Source: Jatrophihabitans sp. (GTDB lineage: Bacteria; Actinomycetota; Actinomycetes; Mycobacteriales; Jatrophihabitantaceae). Taken from it: DNA of 11,507 bases. The translations under genes and the position numbers were made by a program. Positions 1 to 7,567 of the stretch are shown here, one piece after another. The DNA is taken from the NCBI RefSeq assembly GCF_051960575.1, contig NZ_JBQCEE010000319.1, forward strand, positions 1 through 11,507, in the 5' to 3' direction. The number at the start of each line of letters is the position of its first letter. Position 1 is the stretch's first letter. The notes below the pieces were generated by a model, which did not search any database, was not told the origin of the DNA, and saw only the letters and a program-made list of their open reading frames with translations.

Positions 1-3000
1 CGCGAGCCGCGGGCGCGGGTCGTCGGCGCGTTCAAGGGCCTGGCCGCCTTCGACGTGGCCGACGCGCAGTACTTCGTCGGCCGCGAGCGGCTGACCGCCG
101 AGCTCGTCGGGCTGGTCGCCGACCACCGTGCCGTCGTCGTGGTCGGGGCGAGCGGCACGGGCAAGTCCTCGATCCTGCGGGCCGGGCTCATCGCCGCGCT
201 GCGGCGCGGTGCCCTGCCGGGCTCGGCCGCGTGGCGCACCGGCGTCACCACCCCGGCCGCCGAGCGCGGCGCGGTCGGCGGCGAGCACGACCTGCTCGTG
301 CTCGACCAGGCCGAGGAGCTGTTCACCGTGCTCACGCCGGGGGAGCGGCAGGCCGTCGTCGAGCGGCTCGAGCAGTACACCGCCGGGGGCGGCCGGCTGG
401 TGCTCGCGCTGCGCGGCGACTTCTACGGCCGCCTCGCCGAGCTGCAACCGCTCGCCGCCCACGCCCGCGCCGCCTCGGTGCTGGTGGGTCCGCTGCGCGA
501 CGACGAGGTGCGCCGGGTGGTCGTCGAGCCGGCCGAGCGGGTCGGCCTGACCGTCGAGCCGGACCTCGTCGAGACCGTGCTCGACGACGTCGCCGGCCAG
601 CCGGCGGCGTTGCCGATGCTGTCGACGGCGCTCGTGCGCACCTGGGAGAACCGCGCGGGCGACACGCTGACGCTGGCCGGCTACCGGCGCGGCGGCGGGG
701 TCGCCTCGGCGGTCGAGGCGACCGCCGAGGACGCCTACCTCTCCCTCGAGCCCGCGGCCCGCGTGGCCGTACGTCGGCTGCTGCTGCAACTCGCCGGCCG
801 GGAGGGTGACGGGTGGGTGCGGCGCCCGCTGCCCCTGCCGGACACCAGCGCCGATCCGGACACCGCGGCGGCGGTCGCGCACCTCGCCGCCGCACGGCTG
901 GTCACGGTCACCGGCACGCGCATCGAACTGACGCACGACGCGCTGCTGGTGCACTGGCCGCGGCTGCGCGGCTGGCTGGACGAACGGGTGCTGGCCGCCG
1001 ACCTGCTCGACCATCTCGGCGCCACCGTGCGGGCGTGGGCCGAGGCGGGGCGCCCGGACAGCGACCTCTACCGGGGCGCCCGCCTGCGCGGCGCGCTCGA
1101 CTGGCGCGACGAGCACCCGGACGACGTCACGCCGGTGGAGCGCGAGTTCCTGGCCGCGTCCGAGGCGGCGGCCGACGCGCAGCTCACCGCGGCCCGGGAG
1201 CAGGCGCGGCGCGAGGCACGCGGCAGGCGGCGGCTGCGGGCTGTTGCGATCGGGCTGGCGGCGATGGTCGTGCTCGCCGCCGTCGGCGTGGTCGTCGCCC
1301 TGCACGAGCGCGGTTCGGCCGACCGCGCCGCGGCGTCGGCCCGGGCGGCCGCGCTGGCCGCCGACAGCCGGCGGCTGGCCGCGCTGTCGTTCACCGCGCC
1401 GGACATCGCGACCTCGAGCCTGCTCGCCGTCGCCGCCTACCGGCTGCAGGACTCCGCCGACTCGCGCGGCGCCCTGCTCGCGGCCGTCGAGCGCAACTCG
1501 TCGGCGCTCTGGCGGTTCCAGGCGCCGCACCGCCTGCTGCGGGTGGCCGTGACGCCGGACGGCACGCGCCTCGCGGTCATGGACAACCGGCGGCAGGTGA
1601 CCGTCCTCGATCCGCGCACACGACGGGTCACGGCGACGCTCGCCGCCCGCGCCGACTACCTCGAGGGCATCACGGCCGACGGGCGCATGCTCGTGACGTT
1701 CGGTTCGACGCCCGACGAGCCGCTGAACGGGCGGCTCGCCCTCGTCGACGTCGCGTCCGGACGCCGCACGCGCGTCCTGACCGAGGACGGTGACCCGGCC
1801 ATCGAGCCCGCGTTCTCGTCCGACGCGCACTGGTTGGTGCATGTCACGGGCGGCCGGCGCACGATCGACGTCTTCGACGCGCACGACTGGTCGGCGCCCC
1901 CGCTGCGCCTCACCGCTCCCGCGCACACGGTGGCCGTGGCGGCCGGGCACGACAGCATGGCCGTGCTCGCCGCCGACGGCACCGTCGAGGTGCGCGGCCT
2001 GCCGTCGTTGCGAGTCGTCGCGCGGCTGCGCACCTTCCCCGAGCAGCAGGACGGCACCACCCTCGGCCTCGCGCCCGACGGGTCACGGGTGGCGGTGGTC
2101 GACGGCCGCGACCCGCGCCGCGTCGCGATCCTCCAGGTCACGGCGACCGGGCAGGCGGAGCCGGTGGCCCTGCCGACCCAGCTCGAGAGCGCCGACGACG
2201 TGCTCTTCGCGCCCGACGGCAGCGAACTGGCCGTGCTCACCGAGAGCGGGGCCGTGTCGGTCTACCGCACGGCCGACGGGTCGGCCGCCGAGACGCTCGC
2301 CGGTCATGCCGGTCCGGTGGTGGGCGGCGCCTGGAGCGGCACCACCGCGCCGACCGGCCTCTACACCGCGGGGCTGGACAGCGAGCTGGTGTCGTGGGGC
2401 GTGACGTCCACGCCGCGGCTCGCCTCGCGCGCGGGCGCGGACCTGCGGGCGCCCGACGTCGCCGAGACCTTCGGGCACTGGGTGGTCGGCCTGACGCCGC
2501 ACCAGGGCGGCGCGCTGCCCGAGTCGAAGGAGCAGCTGCTGCGGGCCGACCTCGACACCGGCCGGTGGACGACCTTCCCGCTCGGTCTGCGCGACGACGA
2601 GTACGTCAACCAGACGATGGCCAGCCGGGACGGCACCCGGGCGGTGCTGTCGATCCAGGACCCGCAGGGCCACAACCGCGTCGAGGTGTGGGACCTCGTG
2701 CACGGCCACAGGGTGGGCACGCTGCAGCTGCCCGCGGACGCGCCGGACCGCTTCGTCCTCGGGTTCAACGCCGCGATCAGTCCCGACGGCGGTACCGCCT
2801 ACGTGAACCTCGGCGCGACCCGGATCGGGGTCTTCGCGCTGCCCTCCGGTCGCTACCTGCGCAGCTTCACCGTCCACTTCGGCGGGCGGGACGGCGCCCG
2901 GGTGCTCGCGGTGCCCTGGCGCTTCGCGCCCGACGGCACCCTCCTGTTCGGCGGTTACGACACCGGGCCGCACGCGACGGGTGGCGACTTCGCGCTCGGG

Positions 3001-3585
3001 CCGGACGACGCGAGCCCGCCCGACCACCGCCTGGCCGTCGTCGACCCGGCGTCGGGCCGGGTGCTCGCGCAGACCGGGATGGGGGACGTCGGTGGGGAGA
3101 GCACGTCCGAGTGGTCGCCGGACGGGCGCCTGCTCGCCGTCGGCACGCTCGACGGCACGCTGACGCTCTACGACGCCCGCACGCTGCACGTGGTCACGGC
3201 CGGCGGCGCCGTCGAGTCGGGCTACCTGTTGGCGGCCCGGTTCGCACCCGACGGCCGCAGCATCGTCGCCTCTGGCACCGCGGGCACCGTCGACCTCTTC
3301 ACCGTGCCCGGGCTGCAGCGGCTCGCCCAGCCGATCTCGCTGGGGCCGAGCGGCAACGCCGGCGGCCTGTTCGCCTGGTACGCCTCGGACGGCGACCTCG
3401 TCGGCTTCGGCCCCGACCCGGCGCACCCGGACGCGCCCGTGCAGCGGTGGTTCGACCTGCACGTGCAGCCGGCCGAACTCGCCCGCACGGCCTGCCGACT
3501 GGCCGGTGGCGACATGACGCGGGCGCAGTGGCAGCGCTACGTCGGCGACCGCCCGTACCGGCCCGTCTGCAGCCCCGCGCACTGA
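1..3585 (+). CDS. 5'-truncated STAND-family P-loop NTPase with one transmembrane helix and a C-terminal WD40/PD40-like beta-propeller region. The N-terminus lies upstream of the window.
   Basis: The frame is open from nt 1, so the track's GTG at 55 is internal. Walker A GASGTGKSS at about nt 144-170. Walker B DLLVLDQAEE at about nt 289-318. The conserved actinobacterial nSTAND helper segment THDALLVHWPRLRGWLDE is present. The Arg-rich stretch RREARGRRRLR is followed by the hydrophobic helix AVAIGLAAMVVLAAVGVVVAL at about nt 1236-1305, which by the positive-inside rule puts the NTPase in the cytoplasm and the C-terminus outside. Downstream are more than 8 degenerate propeller blades with PDG motifs, for example SPDGRLLAVGTLDGTLTLYD and APDGRSIVASGTAGTVDLF. 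GC3 is high throughout. Stop TGA at 3583-3585. Confidence 0.85.
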   Translation, partial: REPRARVVGAFKGLAAFDVADAQYFVGRERLTAELVGLVADHRAVVVVGASGTGKSSILRAGLIAALRRGALPGSAAWRTGVTTPAAERGAVGGEHDLLVLDQAEELFTVLTPGERQAVVERLEQYTAGGGRLVLALRGDFYGRLAELQPLAAHARAASVLVGPLRDDEVRRVVVEPAERVGLTVEPDLVETVLDDVAGQPAALPMLSTALVRTWENRAGDTLTLAGYRRGGGVASAVEATAEDAYLSLEPAARVAVRRLLLQLAGREGDGWVRRPLPLPDTSADPDTAAAVAHLAAARLVTVTGTRIELTHDALLVHWPRLRGWLDERVLAADLLDHLGATVRAWAEAGRPDSDLYRGARLRGALDWRDEHPDDVTPVEREFLAASEAAADAQLTAAREQARREARGRRRLRAVAIGLAAMVVLAAVGVVVALHERGSADRAAASARAAALAADSRRLAALSFTAPDIATSSLLAVAAYRLQDSADSRGALLAAVERNSSALWRFQAPHRLLRVAVTPDGTRLAVMDNRRQVTVLDPRTRRVTATLAARADYLEGITADGRMLVTFGSTPDEPLNGRLALVDVASGRRTRVLTEDGDPAIEPAFSSDAHWLVHVTGGRRTIDVFDAHDWSAPPLRLTAPAHTVAVAAGHDSMAVLAADGTVEVRGLPSLRVVARLRTFPEQQDGTTLGLAPDGSRVAVVDGRDPRRVAILQVTATGQAEPVALPTQLESADDVLFAPDGSELAVLTESGAVSVYRTADGSAAETLAGHAGPVVGGAWSGTTAPTGLYTAGLDSELVSWGVTSTPRLASRAGADLRAPDVAETFGHWVVGLTPHQGGALPESKEQLLRADLDTGRWTTFPLGLRDDEYVNQTMASRDGTRAVLSIQDPQGHNRVEVWDLVHGHRVGTLQLPADAPDRFVLGFNAAISPDGGTAYVNLGATRIGVFALPSGRYLRSFTVHFGGRDGARVLAVPWRFAPDGTLLFGGYDTGPHATGGDFALGPDDASPPDHRLAVVDPASGRVLAQTGMGDVGGESTSEWSPDGRLLAVGTLDGTLTLYDARTLHVVTAGGAVESGYLLAARFAPDGRSIVASGTAGTVDLFTVPGLQRLAQPISLGPSGNAGGLFAWYASDGDLVGFGPDPAHPDAPVQRWFDLHVQPAELARTACRLAGGDMTRAQWQRYVGDRPYRPVCSPAH

Positions 3586-3592
3586 CGCGCGC

Positions 3593-3637
3593 CGCCCACT
3601 GCGCCCACTGCGCCCACTGCGCCCACTGCGCCCACTG
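3593..3637. repeat. Perfect tandem repeat (CGCCCACTG)x5 with a 9-nt period, starting immediately 3' of the STAND-NTPase stop.
   Basis: Read directly: the unit cgcccactg occupies 3593-3601, 3602-3610, 3611-3619, 3620-3628 and 3629-3637 with no mismatch. It lies in the 139-nt intergenic spacer. Confidence 0.9.
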
Positions 3638-3642
3638 TGGGG

Positions 3643-3664
3643 CGCTGCAACCGCGCTGCAACCG
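3643..3664. repeat. Direct repeat (CGCTGCAACCG)x2, an 11-mer, adjacent to the 9-mer array.
   Basis: Read directly: cgctgcaaccg at 3643-3653 and again at 3654-3664. Confidence 0.7.
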
Positions 3665-3724
3665 GCACGGCCGAACCTCCGTGGCGTCCGGACACCGCCG
3701 GACGACGCCCTGGGGAGGTCCCAC

Positions 3725-4750
3725 ATGCTCGGCAACCCTCGCCGTCTCGCGTCGCTCTCCGCTGCCGGCCTGGCACTCGGTGTCGGCCTGGTGGCGCCGC
3801 CCGCCAGGGCCGACGTCACCGCCACCGTCGCCCTGCCCGCAGCCGGGTGCTGCGTGACGCAGACCGTCGCGGTCGGGCAGTGGGTCGTCGCGCTCGCCGA
3901 TCCGCCGCAGGCACCGGACGGCGAGCAGGCCACGCTCGTCCGCATCGATCCCGCGACCGGCGCGGTCACCGGCTCGCTGACCCTGCCGAACGGCATGCCG
4001 ACCGGCAACTCGTTCGACGTGCAGACGCTCACCGTCGCGGGCGGCGCGCTGTGGGTGCCGGCCTTCTTCGAGGATCAAGTGCTGCGCGTCGACCCCGCCA
4101 CGATGACCGTCACCGCCCGGGTCGCCACCGGCCGTTCGCCCGGCAGCCTGGTGAGCGACGGCAGGTCGGTGTGGGGGGCGCTGCAGAACGAGCAGGCCGT
4201 CGTGCGCATCGACCCGGCGCGGAACGCCGTCGTCCAGACCGTCCGGGTCGGGTCGAAGGACGTCACCGACCGGCCGTACCAGGTGGCGTGGGACGGCAGC
4301 CAGGTGCTCGTGTCCATGCCGACGAGCGGACGGGTGGCCCGCATCGACCCGGCGACGGCCAGGGTGCGCTACGACGCCGTCGGCACCGCCGCCGCGGCGT
4401 GCGCACGCATCCTGCCCGCGGCCGGCGGCTACTGGCTCGACGACACCGAGTGCGGCATCGACTACTACCGCTGGGACGCGCACCGGCAACGGATCACCGT
4501 CACGCTCGACCCGACGCCGCACTTCGACTGGGGCGCCGCCGTCGTGGGCGGCCGGCTCTACACCGGCGAGTTCCACTGCGACGACGGCGGCTGCGAGCAG
4601 GGCTGGCTGGTCGAACGCGACGGCGTCACCGGCGCCGTCATCGCCTCGCAGGACATCGGGGCCGAGGACTACCTGCCGAGCTTCGCCGCCGGCGGCTTCT
4701 GGGTCGCCGACTGGGACGCCGGCCTGCTGCGCCGCGTCGCGGCCTTCTGA
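3725..4750 (+). CDS. Secreted beta-propeller repeat protein (YVTN-family / Vgb-lyase-like blades), 341 aa.
   Basis: ATG at 3725 is preceded by GGGGAGG at 3712-3718. The N-terminal signal peptide MLGNPRRLASLSAAGLALGVGLVAPPARA|DV has a twin-Arg and an AxA cleavage site. Repeated blade motifs include LVRIDPATGAVTGSL, VLRVDPATMTVTARV, VVRIDPARNAVVQTVRVG and VARIDPATARV. GC3 is high. Stop TGA at 4748-4750. Confidence 0.8.
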   Translation: MLGNPRRLASLSAAGLALGVGLVAPPARADVTATVALPAAGCCVTQTVAVGQWVVALADPPQAPDGEQATLVRIDPATGAVTGSLTLPNGMPTGNSFDVQTLTVAGGALWVPAFFEDQVLRVDPATMTVTARVATGRSPGSLVSDGRSVWGALQNEQAVVRIDPARNAVVQTVRVGSKDVTDRPYQVAWDGSQVLVSMPTSGRVARIDPATARVRYDAVGTAAAACARILPAAGGYWLDDTECGIDYYRWDAHRQRITVTLDPTPHFDWGAAVVGGRLYTGEFHCDDGGCEQGWLVERDGVTGAVIASQDIGAEDYLPSFAAGGFWVADWDAGLLRRVAAF

Positions 4751-4779
4751 CCGGCCCACACCGACACGAGGAGCACGAG

Positions 4780-5766
4780 ATGTTCACCGCACGCCTCACC
4801 GCCGCGATCGCGGCGACCACCGTCGCGGCCGGGCTGCTGCTCGGCGGCACCGTCGACGCCACCGCCCGGCCCGGGCCGGTGGTCGCCACCTACAAGCCCG
4901 CACCCGGGTACTACGCGCTGGCCGTCGGGCCCGACGCCGTCTGGGCGCTGGACGCCGACGAGTACCACGACGGCGTCCTCTACCGGCTCGATCCCCGCTC
5001 GCACGCGATGAAGCTGGTGACCACGCTGCCGTTCCCGGCCGGCGGGCTGGTCGTCGCCGACGGCAGCCTGTGGGTCAGCGACTACTTCGGCGACGCTGTC
5101 TGGCGGCTCGCGCCGAGCGGTCGGGTGCAGGACGAGATCGCGGTGGGGCTGCAACCGCAGTGGCTGCACGCCGCGTTCGGGTCGATCTGGGTCTCGAACC
5201 ACCACGGCGCCTCGGTGAGCCGCATCGACGCCGCCACCGACACCGTGGTCGCCACCGTGCCGGCGGGCGCCGCGGGCGTGTTCCGCAACGGCCCGCAGGC
5301 GATCACCGACGACGGCACGCGGGTGTACGTCGGCAGCTCGAACCAGCAGGCGCTGGAGGCGATCGACCCGGCGGACGACATCGTGACGACCCCCGCGTCC
5401 GTCGACGACGGGTTCTGCGGCCCGATCGAGGCCGCCGGCGGCGCGGTCTGGAGCGTCGACAACTGCTCGAGCACGCTCTACCGCCTCTCGCCCGACGGGG
5501 CGGTGCTCGACACCTTCGGCTCGACCGGCGCGCCGGTGAGCCTGGCCGTCCAGGGCGCGACCGTCTGGGTCGGCGACGACACGGTGTATGACCAGGGCAG
5601 CGGCGCGGGTTCGTCGGCGGTGCTCGAGCAGCGCGACGCCGCGACGGGGGACCTGCTGCGCAGCGTGCCGATCGGTGGGGACGCCGGTGCCCTCGCGGTC
5701 GGCTTCGGTGACCTCTGGGTCTACGACGGTGTCGCGAACACCGTCCGGCGCGTCCACGTCGGCTGA
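4780..5766 (+). CDS. Second secreted beta-propeller repeat protein, a paralogue of the preceding gene, 328 aa.
   Basis: ATG at 4780 is preceded by ACGAGGAG at 4765-4772. The portion of the track ORF 3637..5766 that lies 5' of 4780 is Arg-rich junk overlapping the previous CDS in another frame. The signal peptide MFTARLTAAIAATTVAAGLLLGGTVDA|TA is present. The blade HGASVSRIDAATDTVVATVPAG matches the YVTN repeat consensus (..VSVIDTATNKVVATI.VG). SLWVSDYFGDAVWRLAP parallels GALWVPAFFEDQVLRVDP in the previous ORF. Stop TGA at 5764-5766. Confidence 0.8.
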   Translation: MFTARLTAAIAATTVAAGLLLGGTVDATARPGPVVATYKPAPGYYALAVGPDAVWALDADEYHDGVLYRLDPRSHAMKLVTTLPFPAGGLVVADGSLWVSDYFGDAVWRLAPSGRVQDEIAVGLQPQWLHAAFGSIWVSNHHGASVSRIDAATDTVVATVPAGAAGVFRNGPQAITDDGTRVYVGSSNQQALEAIDPADDIVTTPASVDDGFCGPIEAAGGAVWSVDNCSSTLYRLSPDGAVLDTFGSTGAPVSLAVQGATVWVGDDTVYDQGSGAGSSAVLEQRDAATGDLLRSVPIGGDAGALAVGFGDLWVYDGVANTVRRVHVG

Positions 5767-5778
5767 CCCGTGCTCGCG

Positions 5779-5815
5779 TTTGCTCGGACGTCCAAGTAAA
5801 TTGTGGGACGTAGTC
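5779..5815 (+). promoter_or_regulatory. AT-enriched leader of the mutase gene carrying the palindrome GGACGTCC and a second GGGACGT half-site 19 nt downstream. Putative promoter/operator region.
   Basis: The local GC is markedly lower than the flanks: ttgctcggacgtccaagtaaattgtgggacgtagtcgcaatg. GGACGTCC at 5786-5793 is self-complementary. GGACGT recurs at 5806-5811. TAAATT at 5797-5802 is a possible -10. No convincing -35 at canonical spacing was found. Confidence 0.25.
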
Positions 5816-5854
5816 GCAATGCCATCGTCACCGCCACTCCCTAAGGTCGCCGTC

Positions 5855-7522
5855 ATGGACGAACAGGACATCGCCGCAGGTCGCCAGCGCTGGCAGGAGC
5901 GCTACGACAAGGCCCGTAAGGCCGAGCGCGACTACACGACGCTCTCGGGCCTCGAGGTCGAGCCGGTCTACGGCCCGACCGGCCCGGACGAGCGCATGGA
6001 GCGCATCGGCTGGCCGGGCGAGTTCCCGTTCACCCGCGGCATCCACCCGACGGGCTACCGCGGCAAGCCCTGGACGATCCGGCAGTTCGCGGGCTTCGGC
6101 AACGCCAAGCAGACCAACGAGCGCTACAAGATGATCCTCGCCGAGGGCGGCGGCGGGCTGTCCGTCGCCTTCGACATGCCGACGCTCATGGGCCGCGACT
6201 CGGACGACCCGCGCAGCCTCGGCGAGGTCGGGCACTGCGGTGTCGCGATCGACTCGGCGGCCGACATGGACGTCCTGTTCGACGGCATCGACCTGGCCGG
6301 CACCACGACGTCCATGACGATCAGCGGCCCCGCCGTGCCCGTCTTCTGCATGTACGTCGTGGCGGCCGAGCGCCAGGGTGCCGACATCTCGACGCTGAAC
6401 GGCACGCTGCAGACCGACATCTTCAAGGAGTACATCGCCCAGAAGGAGTGGGTGTATCCGCCCGAGCCGCACCTCAAGCTCATCGGCGACCTCATGGAGT
6501 ACGTCGACGCGAACATCCCGGCCTACAAGCCGTTGTCGGTGTCGGGTTACCACATCCGTGAAGCCGGGGCGACGGCCGCGCAGGAACTCGCCTTCACCCT
6601 CGCCGACGGCTTCGGCTACGTCGAGCTCGGCCTCTCGCGCGGGCTCGACGTCGACCGCTTCGCGCCCGGCCTGTCGTTCTTCTTCGACGCGCACATCGAC
6701 TTCTTCGAAGAGATCGCCAAGCTGCGCGCGGCACGGCGCATCTGGGCGCGCTGGCTGCGCGACGTCTACGGCGCGAAGACCGAGAAGGCGCAGTGGCTGC
6801 GCTTCCACACCCAGACCGCCGGCGTCTCGCTCACCGCGCAGCAGCCGGAGAACAACATCGTGCGCACGGCCGTCGAGGCCATGGCCGCGGTGCTGGCCGG
6901 CACGAACTCGCTGCACACCAACGCCCTGGACGAGGTGCTGGCGCTGCCGTCGGCGAAGGCAGCGCAGATCGCGCTGCGCACCCAGCAGGTGATCGCCGAG
7001 GAGACGGGCGTGCTGAACGTCGCCGACCCGCTCGGCGGCTCGTGGTACGTCGAGGCGCTCACCGACCGGCTCGAGGCCGAGGCCGAGGCGATCTTCGCCC
7101 GCATCAAGGAGCTCGGCGGCGACGGCACGATGACGTCCGGCCTGCTGCGCGGCATCGAGGAGGGCTGGTTCATCGGCGAGATCGCCGACTCGGCCTTCGC
7201 CTACCAGGTGGCGCTCGAGAAGGGCGACAAGCGGGTCGTCGGCGTCAACACGCTCACGGGTGACATCGGCGAGCCGCTCGAGATCCTGCGTGTCTCGCAC
7301 GAGGTCGAGCTCGAGCAGAAGGCGCTCGTGGCCAAGCGGCGCGCCGAGCGCGACCAGGCGAAGGTCGACGAGGCGCTCGCCCGCATGGTGAAGGCCGCCG
7401 AGCAGGACGAGAACACCGTGCCGCCGATGCTCGACGCCGTGCGCGCCGAGGCCACGCTCGGCGAGATCTGCAACGCGCTGCGTCCGCTCTACGGCGTCTA
7501 CCGCGAGCCGGTGCGCTTCTGA
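5855..7522 (+). CDS. icmA: Methylmalonyl-CoA mutase family catalytic (TIM-barrel) subunit without a B12-binding domain. The isobutyryl-CoA mutase large subunit (IcmA)-type active-site signature is present. 555 aa.
   Basis: It aligns along its whole length to the MCM large-subunit substrate-binding barrel: FTRGIHPTGYRGKPWTIRQFAGFGNAKQTNERYK, GLSVAFDMPTLMGRDSDDP, SGYHIREAGATAAQELAFTLADG and FFFDAHIDFFEEIAKLRAARRIWA. The MutB substrate-specifying Tyr89 is Phe here (RQFAGFG) and Arg207 is Gln (IAQKEWVYPP), which is the ICM-type pair. The protein ends at 555 aa with no C-terminal Rossmann-like B12 domain. The start at 5855 is supported by AAGG at 5843-5846 and by a GC3 drop between the alternative ATG at 5819 and 5855. 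Stop at 7520-7522. Confidence 0.88.
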   Translation: MDEQDIAAGRQRWQERYDKARKAERDYTTLSGLEVEPVYGPTGPDERMERIGWPGEFPFTRGIHPTGYRGKPWTIRQFAGFGNAKQTNERYKMILAEGGGGLSVAFDMPTLMGRDSDDPRSLGEVGHCGVAIDSAADMDVLFDGIDLAGTTTSMTISGPAVPVFCMYVVAAERQGADISTLNGTLQTDIFKEYIAQKEWVYPPEPHLKLIGDLMEYVDANIPAYKPLSVSGYHIREAGATAAQELAFTLADGFGYVELGLSRGLDVDRFAPGLSFFFDAHIDFFEEIAKLRAARRIWARWLRDVYGAKTEKAQWLRFHTQTAGVSLTAQQPENNIVRTAVEAMAAVLAGTNSLHTNALDEVLALPSAKAAQIALRTQQVIAEETGVLNVADPLGGSWYVEALTDRLEAEAEAIFARIKELGGDGTMTSGLLRGIEEGWFIGEIADSAFAYQVALEKGDKRVVGVNTLTGDIGEPLEILRVSHEVELEQKALVAKRRAERDQAKVDEALARMVKAAEQDENTVPPMLDAVRAEATLGEICNALRPLYGVYREPVRF

Positions 7523-7567
7523 CGCTCGGGCGAGGCAACCTCGGGGCGCGCACGGTGTCCAACAGAT

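Noticed and set aside
128-1793. Several overlapping + and - strand ORFs of 60-326 aa inside the STAND NTPase gene (128..550, 231..809, 332..895, 813..1793 and others).
   Set aside because: These are alternative frames of a well-supported CDS. The products are Arg/Ala/Pro-rich junk. This is a GC-bias artefact.
3593-3664. CRISPR array.
   Set aside because: The repeat units are only 9 and 11 nt, directly abutting with no spacers. This is an SSR, not CRISPR.
2083-4032. 649-aa minus-strand ORF. Also the other long minus ORFs: 3299..4759, 5828..8083, 7963..9588, 9407..11482 and 10851..11471.
   Set aside because: All lie antisense to strongly supported + strand genes. Their products are Arg/Pro/Gly-rich low-complexity strings typical of the stop-poor antisense frame in genomes above 70% GC. 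No domains are recognisable, and the sense strand has GC3-rich codon usage.
3637-4779. 5' extension of the track ORF 3637..5766, which would give a 709-aa protein.
   Set aside because: The extension overlaps the 3725..4750 CDS in another frame and translates to Arg-rich nonsense. The real start is ATG 4780, which has an RBS and a signal peptide.
5588-5854. 5' extension of the mutase ORF (track start 5588), and the alternative ATG at 5819.
   Set aside because: The upstream part overlaps the previous CDS and runs through the low-GC leader. Codons between 5819 and 5854 are rich in rare A/T-ending codons. Homology to IcmA/MutB begins at MDEQDIAAGRQRWQ (5855), which has an AAGG RBS.
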